From the NCBI GenBank assembly GCA_032718475.1, contig JAUCBJ010001293.1, forward strand, positions 3,432 to 67,431: a DNA stretch of 64,000 nucleotides, read 5' to 3'. Position 1 is the first letter of the stretch. Every line of letters starts with the position of its first letter. Under the pieces are notes generated by a model, which saw nothing but the letters and a program-made list of their open reading frames with translations, ran no database searches and was not told the DNA's origin. The DNA is from Nemertoderma westbladi (Eukaryota; Animalia; Xenacoelomorpha). Shown piece after piece: positions 1-13,574 of this stretch. Both the position numbers and the translations under genes were made by a program.

Positions 1-250
1 ACAAGTTAAATATATTAGCTTGCCCAAATGGGCAAGTTATCTATTAGCTTTCCCAAACTGGCAAGTTAAATATGTTAGCTTGCCCAAATGGGCAAGTTAT
101 TAGCTTGCCCAAACTGGCAAGTTAAATATATGAGCATGCCCAAACTGACAAGTTAAATATATTAGCTTGCCCAAATGGGCAAGTTATCTATTAGCTTGCA
201 AAAACTGGCAAGTTAAATATATTAGCTTGCCCAAACTGGCAAGTTAATGT
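1..250. repeat. ~30-bp tandem repeat (gcaagttaaatatattagcttgcccaaa[c]tg) with internal dyad ttgccca/tgggcaa; runs off the window start
   Basis: About 8 degenerate copies read directly from the sequence. Confidence 0.9.
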
Positions 251-1026
251 ATACATTTATTATAGGAAGGGATCTACAGTAGTTTCACTTTTACTTGTAT
301 TGTTGATATTATAGTGTATTCTCCTGCAATAAAGAAATACTTTTGCCGAAACGCGACTGTTGCCGAATCGCGACAGTTGCCGAAACGCGATGTAACCTAT
401 TGCTAATCCAATTATCCTACTATTAATAAAACTGTTCGTACATACCGATAATAATCCAGTCAATCTAAAGCGATATAGAGGGGTAAACCAAAACTAATTC
501 GCAATTCATACGAACCATTTTTTTTGATTCTACATTATTTTGCTAATATCAACAAAAAAATATATAAAATTAAATTATGGCGATCACTCTTAATTCCATG
601 CTTATTTCCTTAGCAACAGGGATTTTAGATAGCAACAGACCCCCTGTTGCTATCTAAACTACCTCTACCTGTTGCTCTATTGGTGGGATTTTCCCAAAAT
701 TTGGTACAGACAATCTTTAGTCCAATGACTATGGATTGACTGAACTATGCACTTCTACATAGTTACCATTAGTTTCACGAGCAACGTAAATCCGTCTAAC
801 TATTTAACCATTATTAATACCCATTTTGCTGGTAGTAGTACAGTACAGTAGTAGTAGTAGGTAGTGCCAGAAGCGCTACATATTTAATTAATGAAATTAT
901 TATAATTATAGATTATAAATCACAAGACATCAAACTAACAAAGACAAATTTCTACGCTAGAGCACAAGATTAACTAATACTTAACTAATTAACAATATAC
1001 AGCATATGTGCTATGTACACGTCGTC

Positions 1027-4000
1027 ACCTTCAAGGCAGAACCCCCTAAGTCGATTTTTGTAGTTCTGAGATAATCGATAAAAACTGTTTATTTTTTAGA
1101 GAGATGCCTCAGTTTACTTGTTATTGTGTTTTTTGATAACTAAATATATATAGAATTCATATAACTAAACTTTCAATTTGATTTAGAATTACCTTTGAAA
1201 TATATTGCGGTTTTTTTGTAAAAATTCTGACTTATGGTGTTTTGCCAAAACAAAGGGGAACACCATTTTCTGGTATTATCCCGTAACTATACGATAGTTG
1301 CGGGGTATTGCCTAGAAAACAAGGCATCCTCAATTTGGCAAAACACCATAAGTCCGAATTTTTACAAAAAACACGCAAAATATATCAAATTATAGCCAAG
1401 GCGTATCGTACGTCCTTAATAATTTAGTGCGTAGTGCGCACGTAATACATGTGCGCATTTGTTATTAGCTAATACGTGCTATCTAACATGTTAACTAGCA
1501 CATGATCAGGTGTTAGTATTACCTGTAAACGCAATAATAACAAATAATCACATACAATATAGCTAACACACTTGCGCACATGTTGGAAATTTTTGAATTC
1601 AAAATTCTAAAGGGCTCCATAAGTTTTTGATATTTTGGTATTAATTGCTTCTAAAATAAGTACGGGACTGTAGTTAGAATCATGTATCAATACAAATTGA
1701 ACAAAATGTAGCCAAATGCAGAACTATAAGAACAAAATTTAGATTCAAGCAAAGCGGAACTCTAAGTACAAAATATAGCCATGGGTGGTACTCTACAGTA
1801 AGAACAAAGTCTAGCTACAGGGTTACAGCTACGTTAAAGTTAAAGTTCACTTACAGTACGTCATGACGAATAATTAAAGACCTGTTTTTTCTACAGTACG
1901 TGGCAACATTTTGAGCAACTCTATCAGCAACTTAGTAAGCATGTCAGGTTGCCGATCAAGTTGCTCTATGTAAACGCGAAGTTTGTTGCTGTAAAAGATG
2001 CCTCATATAACGGAGACTAAAAGTTAATGTTACTCAAATTAAGTTGCTAGTTGCTGACCAAATTGTCCAAAACGTCCGGCAACCTAGAGTAACTTATAGC
2101 AACTTGGACACAAACATTAAATGAGGGACAGATATTTATCAGCGCCACAAACATTAAATGAGGGATAGATATTTATCAGCGCCACAAACATTAATGTGGG
2201 ACAAACATTAATCAGGGGGACAAACATTAATGTGGGACATAAACATTGATATAGGACACAAACATTAATGAGGGACACAAACATTAATGAGGGACACAAA
2301 CATTAATGAGGGACACAAACATTAATGAGGGACACAAATATTAATGATGGACACAAACATTAATGAGGTACACAAACATTAATGAGGGACACAAACATTA
2401 ATGAGGTACACAAACATTAATGAGGGACACTAACATTAATGAGGGACACAAATATTAATGAGGGACACAAACATTAATGAGGTACACAAACATTAATGAG
2501 GGACACAAACATTAATGAGGGACACAAATATTAATGAGGGACACAAACATTAATGAGGGACACAAATATTAATGAGGGACACAAACATTAATGAGGGACA
2601 CAAGCATTAATGAGGGACACTAACATTAATGAGGGACACAAATATTAATGAGGGACACAAACATTAATGAGGTACACAAACATTAATGAGGGACACAAAT
2701 ATTAATGAGGGACACAAACATTAATGAGGGACACAAATATTAATGAGGGACACAAACATTAATGAGGGACACAAACATTAATGAGGGACACAAACATTAA
2801 TGAGGGACACAAGCATTAATGAGGGACACTAACATTAATGAGGGACACAAATATTAATGAGGGACACAAACATTAATGAGGTACACAAACATTAATGAGG
2901 GACACAAATATTAATGAGGGACACAAACATTAATGAGGAACACAAATATTAATGAGGGACACAAACATTAATGAGGGACACAAACATTAATGAGGGACAC
3001 AAACATTAATGAGGGACACTAACATTAATGAGGGACGCAAATATTAATGAGGGACACAAACATTAATGAGGTACACAAACATTAATCAGGGACACACATC
3101 AATTGATGGACACAAACATTAATGATATATACAAACATTAATGAGGGACACAAACAATAAACGAGGGACAGATATCAATCAAGGACACAAACATTAATCA
3201 TGGGCACTATCGCCCTTCGCACTTAGTATGATTCATGTTACCCCCCATGGCACTTAGTATGATTCCTGTTAACACCCATACACATACAATATATTACAGT
3301 ATTACAATTCTCATTACTGTCAAGCAATAAAATAACAACAATAAATAATAACATAATTAATCTGACCAAACCAATAAACTATGTTATTGCCAATTGAAGG
3401 AAGGGGTCAGGTTACAGAGATGGTTTTTCTAACCAACACAATAAACGATGTTGTTACTAAAAAGGGAAGGAGTAGGAGTAAAAAAATGATGAACATGAAG
3501 GGGAGACAGGAATGGGGGGGGGGGGGGGGGTCACATGAATGGTGGTGGTAGGAGGTAAATTGAAAATATGGGGGTATAACAGACGGGGGGGGGGGGGGGG
3601 GTAGTAGCAAAGCAGGCAGCTGAACAACATAACCGAACGTCGCTTTCAATTAATTTCCATCTAATTAGGAAGATGGAATGTATACAAAACGGCGGTACTT
3701 TGATCGAAGCTCACGTTCCCATGGTAGTACTTTTTCAGTTAATCACTTAATATTTAATCGTCTGATGGCAAGCACCACCATCGCTCATATTAATATCCAT
3801 TGGCAACCATGGACCCCTATTAATGTTTTGTGCCCCTTAATATGTGTCCCTCATTAATGTTTGTGTCCTGGCCGCAATACAAACCAGTATATAAATGATA
3901 AATTACGGGGTTTTGCCAGGCTATTGTTTCTGATTTACGGGGTTTTACAGGTTGTTATTTCTGATTTAAGGGGTTTTGACAGGTGGACTGAATTTCATAT

Positions 4001-4220
4001 ACTTGAATTTACGGTGTTTTGCAAGCCAATTATTGACTTGTGGGGTTCTGCCTCGAAGTGGGCATAAGTTACGGGGAACTGTCTTTGGCTTATAACTCAA
4101 AAATGGCTGGTAGAAAAGCTTTGGGGTTCTGCCAGACGAAAAAGCCGATATCGAATTACCCAAAAAGTCAAAAACATGAAAATCTAAAAAAATCGACTTA
4201 GGGGGTTCTGCCTTGAAGGT
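1027..4220. mobile_element. Non-autonomous TIR DNA element (33-bp perfect TIRs, subterminal ggggtt(c/t)tgcc motifs) containing nested repeats
   Basis: accttcaaggcagaaccccctaagtcgattttt at 1027-1059 and its exact reverse complement at 4188-4220. GGGGTTYTG motifs recur at 3905-4135; an internal inverted repeat lies at ~1210-1370. TSD not resolved. Confidence 0.75.
2106..3200. repeat. 19-bp minisatellite (cattaatgagggacacaaa)n, ~55 copies
   Basis: Direct tandem periodicity. Reverse-complement copies at ~3819-3868 suggest it is one expanded arm of a foldback element spanning 2106-3868. Confidence 0.95.
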
Positions 4221-4239
4221 ATCACTGGGGCTCTGCTCG

Positions 4240-4790
4240 GGTTCCTGCAGCTATTATTAGTTTGTATGTTGGTTTGTGGCTGGCTGGCTGGGTTTGTGGG
4301 AGGACAGGAATGTTTGAACGCTAATAAGTCGGTCAATCTTGGATGAAATGGAACCAAAGTTGGTACATATGTCATGTAGTCTATCAAAAGTTTAGAAATT
4401 ATACACACAGACAGACTTCCATAGTTCCTCTGTCTGCCGCTAGGGGGCGAATTAACGGAAACGTAAAAGTGGCTGTAATTATAGAACCAACCATCAGATT
4501 CATCTGAAATTTGGTAGTAGTAACTTACGATCATTGCTTAATTATGAATTCTACACACAGACATACTTTTACTGTTCATCTGTCTGCCGCTAGGGGGTGA
4601 ATTAACGGAAACGTAAAAGTGGCTGTAATTATAGAACCAACCATCAGATTCATCTGAAATTTGGTAGTAGTAACTTACGATCATTGTTAATTATAAATTA
4701 TACACACAGACAGACGTTTACAGTTCCTCTGTTCTCTGGCTGTCAGAAGGGGGCGAATTGTCAGAGCTCCAGTTCATCGTGTGCTTAGCA
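4240..4790 (-). mobile_element. Helentron/DINE-like non-autonomous element remnant with ~150-bp internal tandem units carrying gccgctagggggcg
   Basis: Two near-identical ~150-bp units (4400-4550, 4550-4700) and a partial third. Motif shared with 49960-51297 and 56930-57500. Confidence 0.55.
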
Positions 4791-6469
4791 CGGTGTAATT
4801 TACACAACTTTTATACTAAACGGCCCTGATGAAAAATAATAGTAGTTCTACTGTACTAAATACCGGCACTGGTTGTCTGCCTGTTATATTTGTCAAACCG
4901 AGAGACCATGTTAATTTTTAAATATTTTGTAAATACTTCACAATAACTAACAATTTTGACAAGTTATACTAAGTTCTTGATAAAATTACAACTTTTCTTT
5001 TGACTGACACTTTTCATAAATTTGTGTTAAGTATTTGACAAGTAACTAACAAATATGATAAATTATAGAAAATGATTGATACAAATTGCAATTTTTCTTT
5101 AAACTGTCACATTTTGATAAAATTTTGTGAAGTATTTATTTGACAAATCTAGTAGGCTATAGCTTTGAATGCTGCATTACATGTAGATAGATAACACCGT
5201 ACCGGTACTACAGTATGTCAGTGTCATTCACCCATACCCACTTCCTGGGAACAGGTTGATGGAGACAAAGTGGTGACAGGTCAGCAATCACCCCATACAG
5301 ATACGCCATAACGGTACTGATGTCAATTCAACATTACATGATTTAAATATTATCTTCACTAACTTTCAATCAATTGATTCATATCGGAAGCAAAGCAATA
5401 ACCCTAGTGAAAAGACCCGTGTTCCTATATTATATCTCAACAGCTCAGAAAGCCGGGAATACATTTTGAATTAGAGGAGTGTCTCAATTCGGAACAGCTA
5501 TGTTCATCGTGGTACTAAAATTATTAGTATTTTGGATTCGGATAGCTTCGGATTTTTGGATCGCTCTGTTGGGAACGCTGCAAACTGCGGATTACACTAC
5601 AAGAAGCGATTACAATGATATTCATTCTAATCAGTCTTACCGGATATCAATCTTCCTTCCACCAGCACATCAGAGCACGGAAGGTGAAGAACATGGTATG
5701 TAAATTTTCAATAGGGGGTGGATGTAACCTCGCCCATCGGATTTGTCGAACTCAAAAACCCTTATCCCCAAAAATGTATTTGTTTTATTACAAACTATTG
5801 TGGTTTTTAAACTAAAACAAATAAATAAATTGCACCTAAAATTTATAGAGCAATCACAATTTCTTCGCTAACATTAATGGAAATTATGAAATTTCCTTGC
5901 AGTGGAATTGTATAATTTTTTTATCAGTTACCTTCTTTTATCTGCCAATGTTCCCATATGGGAACATGTACTTGTTGCTAAAAAAAATAAGTACTATAAT
6001 ATATAATATTCTTCTTAACTTGCAATATGGGACAACATAATAAATATGTTTTGTCAGATTAACTGAAAATTTACCAATGATTGACAACATTTTCGGAACA
6101 GTGGACCTCTACTTTCATGCAAAAATATGAATTTTGAACAGTATAATTTATTTGCATGAAATATACAAATAACATAGAGTTATTGTAGTAGAAAGTTCTC
6201 AAATGTTGAATCAAGTAATTTATTTGTTGTTTAAAACAACATATACTGTATGAATGTGCAATGATTTTATGGCCCGATATTGTACACATCTTTTTACCTC
6301 ATGTTCCCATATGGGAACATTGGCCAAATGAGAGACCTAAGTAGGCCCATTGAGTACTGAGCCTACTAGGAGCATAATGAGTACAGCAACAGCACGTATT
6401 TCTAACCCTATAATTCTACAAGTAGTATCATATTTCTGCATTATTGATCAATTCTGCATTCTACAGTGT

Positions 6470-6574
6470 TAGACTGGAGCTCCGGCTCCGGTTCGGATCC
6501 GGCCCGGAAAATGGTGCTCCGGTTCCGGTCCGGCTCCGGCAAAAATAAGACCGGAGGACCGGAGCTCCAGTATA
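6470..6574. mobile_element. ~105-bp GC-rich MITE
   Basis: Terminal inverted repeats tagactggagctccgg / ccggagctccagtata with internal ccgg repeats. Confidence 0.6.
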
Positions 6575-6842
6575 AAACTGTAAAAGACAGACAGAGACAC
6601 ACAATGCACAATTTACAATGCACAATCCAGCAATCAGTTGTCCACAGTCACAATCACCTAGTCCATCATACATCATAGTTGTATGGGGGGGTGCTACTCC
6701 CTGGGTGTTATAGAATTGTTGGAACTCAATATAAACAGCTACACTGCCTACTGCTGTACTGGCCTACCAGGTGCCAGGCTGAGGCTACAAAGACAGGCCA
6801 GTCAGCAGTCAGTACACTAGTACCTACAGTACTGCTATGCAG

Positions 6843-8328
6843 CTCATAATAAGTAAGTTCAAGTTCTAAAGTACACTGCACAGCACACTACTGCATACTT
6901 ACCTACTAAGTTACTCATAATAAGTAAGTTCAAGTTCTAAAGTACACTACACAGCACACTACCTGACTACTGCATACTTAAATACTAAGTTACTCATAAT
7001 AAGTAAGTTCTAAAGTACTCTACACAGCACACTACTGCATACTTACCTACTAAGTTACTCATAATAAGTAAGTTCAAGTTTTAAAGTACACTACACAGCA
7101 CACTACTGCATACTTACCTACTAAGTTACTCATAATAAGTATAATAAGTAAGTTCAAGTTCTAAAGTACACTACACAGCACACTACTGCATACTTACCTA
7201 CTAAGTTACTCATAATAAGTAAGTTCTAAAGTACACTGCACAGCACACTACTGCATACTTACCTACTAAGTTACTCATGAAAAGTAAGTTCTAAAGTACA
7301 CTGCACAGCACACTACTGCATACTTACCTACTAAGTTACTCATAATAAGTAAGTTCTAAAGTACACTACACAGCACACTACTGCATACTTACCTACTAAG
7401 TTACTCATAATAAGTAAGTTCTAAAGTACACTGTACAGCACACTACTGCATACTTACCTACTAAGTTACTCATAATAAGTAAGTTCTAAAGTACACTGCA
7501 CAGCACACTACTGCATACTTACCTACTAAGTTACTCATAAAAAGTAAGTTCTAAAGTACACTGCACAGCACACTACTGCATACTTACCTACTAAGTTACT
7601 CATAATAAGTAAGTTCTAAAGTACACTACACAGCACACTACTGCATACTTACCTACTAAGTTACTCATAATAAGTAAGTTCTAAAGTACACTGCACAGCA
7701 CACTACTGCATACTTACCTACTAAGTTACTCATAAAAAGTAAGTTCTAAAGTACACTGCACAGCACACTACTGCATACTTACCTACTAAGTTACTCATAA
7801 TAAGTAAGTTCTAAAGTACACTACACAGCACACTACTGCATACTTACCTACTAAGTTACTCATAATAAGTAAGTTCTAAAGTACACTGCACAGCACACTA
7901 CTGCATACTTACCTACTAAGTTACTCATAATAAGTAAGTTCTAAAGTAAACTACACAGCACACTACTGCATATTTACCTACTAAGTTACTCATAATAAGT
8001 AAGTTCTAAAGTAAACTACACAGCACACTACTGCATACTTACCTACTAAGTTACTCATAATAAGTAAGTTCTAAAGTACACTGCACAGCACACTACTGCA
8101 TACTTACCTACTAAGTTACTCATAATAAGTAAGTTCTAAAGTAAACTACACAGCACACTACTGCATACTTACCTACTAAGTTACTCATAATAAGTAAGTT
8201 CTAAAGTACACTGCACAGCACACTACTGCATACTTACCTACTAAGTTACTCATAATAAGTACTGCATACTTACCTACTAAGTTACTCATAATAAGTACTG
8301 CATACTTACCTCCTAAGTTACTCATAAT
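6843..8328. repeat. 65-bp tandem satellite (ctcataataagtaagttctaaagtacactgcacagcacactactgcatacttacctactaagtta), ~22 copies
   Basis: Period measured at 7381 -> 7446; units are highly homogeneous. Confidence 0.95.
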
Positions 8329-10372
8329 ATATAACTATGCTGTTTATTTAAAATGTTATAAATATTTACTTTGTCTGTTTAATGGCCAATGTTCCCATAT
8401 GGGAACATACACTCCCTGAGTCAAAGAGTGGGTAGTTTTGAAAAAATCGTTCTGATCCTTTCATACCCAACGAATCTAAAGTCAAAAACATGATAAAGTT
8501 ATAATTTTTAAAAACATGGGGTGGCAGGTAAAAGGTAATATATCGTGATATTTTTTATATTTTTAATTAAAAATTAGATGTGACATATAGTTACCGAGAA
8601 TAACAATTAACGTGTGACAGGCCAGTGAAAATTATATTAATTCCCCATTGAATTGCAGCATATTATGCAATTAATTTAATTATTCTGGAACATTACTAAT
8701 ATGCCACTTATTCTTCCCTAATGTTCCCTTTGTTTGGCTTGTGTTATGCAAATTATGTATAATTTCAATGAATATATATATAATATATATAAGTTTCGCA
8801 AAACACTTTTTTATAGTTTTTTTTGGTCTTTAACAATGTAATATAGAATCCCAAAAATGTGTTTCGGATTGATTGCGAAACACTTATTGGATTTTATGCT
8901 AGATTGACTCGCCTATAAGGAATACGATTATCGGAAAACAGGTAAAAGCTATGTTATTTGAAACGGAATTCTAAATAAATGATGAATAAATGAAATTGAA
9001 TAAATTAGAAAATGTTTACACTCCTTTCGATCTATTAAATTTATAGGCCTTTGTGGTGGCTGGATGTATTGGAGCGTGCTGAGTCTTTAGTTCTAATTTT
9101 AATAAACTCGTCTATCGTGTGGCAGTGGTCGCAATGACTGGTCAGTTGCTCAGTAGATTACTGCAAATGGTCTCTGGGACTAGACTGTAATTAAGTCTAA
9201 GTGTGCCTGTGCCTACTGCCTGTGGGTAATGTCGATTATCTTATCACTCACTTAGCAATTATCAGTTTGGCTGGGTTGGGATTGCCTTTTTAATGCTGTT
9301 AAACTTCCCCACTTCTTCATTGCCCACACCTAACTGTGGTCGACGTCCCTATTTCACTGAGAATATAATCTAACGTGTTTTAGTATCAGTTGCTGCAGCC
9401 AGCCATGGGGTGACCGGTGCCAAACCATTGATCCAACCATGCAACCAACCCTGGCTGCCCGAACTGTGAAAATGATTCACAGTTGGTTGGATTGTGGTTA
9501 CTCTCTACCAGGAACTGGTGATGAATACGGGAAAGAGTACCAAAGGGCACATCAGTGAGCCTGGAGTTCAGATCAACTAATGGGAGGAGCCGCTACTTAC
9601 TGCTGATTCATAATGTTTCAATAATACCATCACACTGCCTTTGCTTTTGTGCCATTGTTCGTTCCTTCAGTTCCAGTCAATTTTATTTGTAGTGGCAGTG
9701 GGAGTGGGGTTGTCTGTTCACTGTAATGAAACTCTAAGGTAAGCAGCAACATAGATGCCTGAAGCGCTGACTGGCTGAAGGGAAGGCTCAGGATGATCTC
9801 TTACTGTCTTCCTAAGTGGTCTGTGATTGGTTGCTTTATTTATTTCTTCTTCTGTTCTTTAAGGACCTATTACCAGATTACTGCATTAGGCCTACTGCAG
9901 GATAGAGGACTCAGTATCAGTCAGTCAGTACACAGTAGGCCTATTCAGGTATTAGTGATGCAGGTGTGTGTGTATTAGGCCTACAGTATTACAGTATATT
10001 GTTACAGTTAGTATTGTGTAGTTTTCATTACCGGTATCTAAGTCTGTAAAAGTAGGCCTTCTGAATTACCGTACAGAATCGCCGCACTGCGCACTGTCAT
10101 ATGTCAGACCAGCCAGCAGCTGAGCAGACTATCAGTATCAGTTTGCAGTTATCAGACTCACTGCAGCACTGACTGTACTACTGTAGCTGTAGCACTGTAG
10201 GCTATTACTGTCAGTCAGTGAGAAGTCAAAAATTGGACTTCAAGTCCAATTTTAGACTTCAAGTCCAATTTGGGACTCTGAAGTCCAATATTGGACTTTA
10301 GTACAACTCCAAGTGTACACATACTGTATACTGTATATATCGGTATTTAAATCAAAACTGCATCCCGCATCC

Positions 10373-11450
10373 GGTCAGCCTAAACACCCAACTACACCCA
10401 ACTTTCACCCAACTACACCCAACTACACCCAACTTTCACCCAACTACACCCAACTACACCCAACTTTCACCCAACTACACCCAACTTTCACCCAACTACA
10501 CCCAACTTTCAGCCAACTACACCCACACAGTTCCACCCCACTACACCCAACTTCCACTGCACTTCCACTCTGCATCCAACTTACACCAAACTATACCTAC
10601 TGTATGGCACCAAACTTCCACAAATTACAATATGTACAGTAACAAACTCTTCGAGGAATTGCTGAGATATGAGCTTTTAAATGTTTCATGTACTGTATGT
10701 TGCCCCCACTGCTGAGCAATTATGAAAATAACAAACTAACGTTTTATATTTTTTGCAGGTTGGTTCTAGAATAATTGATGAATTTAGCAATAAATATACA
10801 AAGGAGAGACGCAGAGACTATTGACGAACGATCCAAGCTACAGTATAAAACTAAACTGGCGCTGTTTGGGATTGTGGTGAAAATGAAAACGGTATTGATA
10901 CACAGGGGGGTCACCGTCACAGCCTTAACGACGAAATCGCATTGGAAACTTCTGTTATGGGAATAGCAATGCAGATAATTCGTACAAAGTTAATGGACAT
11001 AAGTTCTATATTATACAGTATGTTTAATGCAATTATAATAATGTAATTATCCTTTATGTATCATAGAATACAAGAAAAAGAACTGTAACATTATTTTCAG
11101 CAGCTTTATTTTAATCTTGGGCCCATGTAAACACTTTCTGCCGTTATATATTTAACTTTGCAGTTGCCCCCATGTGAAGAATCCCAGGTTTTCATTAAAA
11201 TCACAGGTTACAAAAGGACTGAATCTAACCAAAACAATAAACGAAATTTAGCCGTATCAAAACGAAACGTATCAAAAAGATAAATTAAAAAAAATAAAAA
11301 ATCTTCATACATAAAATTCCAATAAAATGTCGACCGAAAAGTGAAATCCTGGTATTATTCACATGGGCGAACTTTATGGCCTTTATATTAATTAATTTTT
11401 AACGAAACAACAGCAATAATTTTAGAACATTTTACATTTTTGATAAACTA
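10373..11450 (+). repeat. Dispersed repeat copy A, beginning with a (cacccaacta/cacccaacttt)n array
   Basis: Aligns by eye over ~800 bp to the reverse complement of 13575-15121 and partially to 12620-13430. Confidence 0.85.
11162..11372. mobile_element. MITE inserted in repeat copy A
   Basis: agttgcccccatgtgaagaatcccagg ... cctggtattattcacatgggcgaact inverted ends; absent from the homologous inverted copy near 13650. Confidence 0.6.
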
Positions 11451-11832
11451 AAAGGGGATCTGGTAAGATCTGTACAGGTCAAGGGAATTTCTGCAAGGAA
11501 CTTATTATGATCTTCACATACAGGCGATGCCAGAATGGACAAGATCTCTACAGTATGAGAATCGATAAGATCGTTATACATTACAGATCTTACAGTAGTA
11601 GAAATAATAATTCATCACACTAGGGTAGAGAATTGCAGACGTTGATCAACGTAATCATATAGACGCGGCTTGTGGTCTCTAGTACATACTGTACAGTATA
11701 TGTACAGTAGGATATGACAATATTCAGCTTATTTTATTACAAACAACGAAATGGGAGAAGTGTATTTAATCTTTCAGACATTCCACCCATTCGAAAATCC
11801 TCATGTGATCAACATTGAGGTTTCCAAACTAA

Positions 11833-12320
11833 TGTGTGCATTGTACTTGACACAATGAACCCGGCGTAGCATTCTTGTGAATGTGCCATCCAGAGATTTG
11901 GTGTCCTCAGCAGTTAGAGCCCAGCATGGACTCCCGTAGAGGAGTACTGGAACTACTGCTGCTCTAAATAATCGGACCTTGAGTTTCCGATTAATTCTCG
12001 GTGACTTCCAAATCCTGGAAAGCCTATTCAAGGCTGCCCATGCCTTTCCCTTACGTATTCGAAGGTCCTCACCTGACTTCCGGATCCATGATCCCAGGTA
12101 ACAGAAGTTGTCCACATGCTCAAGCATACCATCCTTTGAGCTTATGCTCATCCGATCAGAGACTTGCTGAGGACTTTCAAAGTTAACTGTCAAAATTGTG
12201 GTCTTTCTGGAGGTAATAAAAAGACCAACACTAGAAGCAGAATGTTCTAATGAGCTGAGGAGCCGTTGGGCTCCCTCTAATGATTCTGAGAGTACTCCTA
12301 AGTCATCAGCAAAGTCTATC
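11833..12320 (-). pseudogene. Non-LTR retrotransposon (RTE-like) reverse transcriptase C-terminal fragment
   Basis: Minus strand encodes IDFADD near 12320, then VDNFCYLGSWI...RKGKAWAALNRLSRIWKS...LKVRLFRAAVVPVLLYGS..W. A paralogous copy lies at 57550-58020. Confidence 0.9.
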
Positions 12321-13574
12321 TGATCAACATTGAGGTTTCCAAGCTAAATTCTCACATGTGAATGAATAATACAGTATGTCACACACTTTAGGTATGTTGC
12401 TACATAGTCGGATCCCAAGTGGGGTTTCTCATGGGGCTTTAATGTGGATCAGTTGGCGAAAATCTTCAAAAGTTACTTACGAATGAATTTTTCGTTACAG
12501 ACAGACAAGCGGACAGAACGACCGACTGGAGATGAAATTTTGCCCTATTTTTACTAATTGCAATTGTGCGCTAAGGCTTGCCCTGACTGCGTGACTCGTC
12601 CCACAGAACACCAAACTCTCCAACCAACTACACTCAACTTTGACTCACTTTCACCCAACTACACTCCACTTCCACCCAACTCTCACCCAACTACACCCAA
12701 CTTTCACCCAACTACCCCCAACAACACCCAACTTTCACCCAACTACACCCAATTCTCCACCCAACTACACCCAACTATCACCCAACTACAGTACACTCAA
12801 CATTGTCTCACTTCCACCCAACTACACTTACCTTTCACCACTTTCTCGCAGGTCAGGATTTTTGAAAATAAAAAATTATAAAGCAAATTATAAAATTGTC
12901 AAAAACCATACAAATCCTAATCTACGTCGCTTTTTTGGATGTGAAGATGAGTAGGACATACAGTACAATATATCTAATGTTTAGTTCTGAGGCATAACAG
13001 CGAGAACATGCGAGCCACGTAGTAAAGGCGAGCCTTAACGCACTATGATAATTAGTAAATACTGGAAAATTTATTTCGAGTTATTATCATATTCGAGTTA
13101 GTGAAATATTGAAACGAGGGACCGAAGTGAGATAAAAGTACATTATACACTATAATATGTTGTTTTATTGTTAATTTATTGTTATTACTAATAAATTTAT
13201 TAATATATTGTTATTACTTAACGCTCGTCTATGGACGAGCCGCAAATAATCCATCTATCTACTGTATTTACGGCTTGTCCAAGGACAAGCGTTAAGTACG
13301 GTAATTCAGAAATTTAACAATAAAATATTATAATTATCCTTTGTATCATATTACAAGAAAGATTGTAACATACAGTAGTCTTTATTTTCAACAGTTTTAT
13401 TCTAAACTTCGTGGCCTTTATATTAATTTGATCTTATCTTTCGTTTATTATTTTGGTTCCATGAGAAATTTATTATTCGCCTATATTATACAGAAAGTAC
13501 TTTATTTGCTAACCATTAAGATTGGATCAGGGAGCCAAATGGAGTGTAAACTTGAGACATGTAAAATGTAATGA

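Larger units (their letters stand above)
5935..8535. mobile_element. piggyBac-like non-autonomous element with repeated 20-bp palindrome atgttcccatatgggaacat, hosting a small MITE and a 65-bp satellite
   Basis: cttttatctgcca (5935) vs tggcaggtaaaagg (8522-8535). The perfect palindrome occurs at 5948, 6301 and 8389. TTAA flanks are degenerate, so the family call is tentative. Confidence 0.5.

Noticed and set aside
3407-3649. Poly-Pro ORF (similar ones at 33377-33613 and 58160-58450)
   Set aside because: Caused by poly-G/poly-C homopolymers.
9050-9900. Moderately GC-rich stretch that might be a coding exon
   Set aside because: No ORF or motif I could support in either direction.
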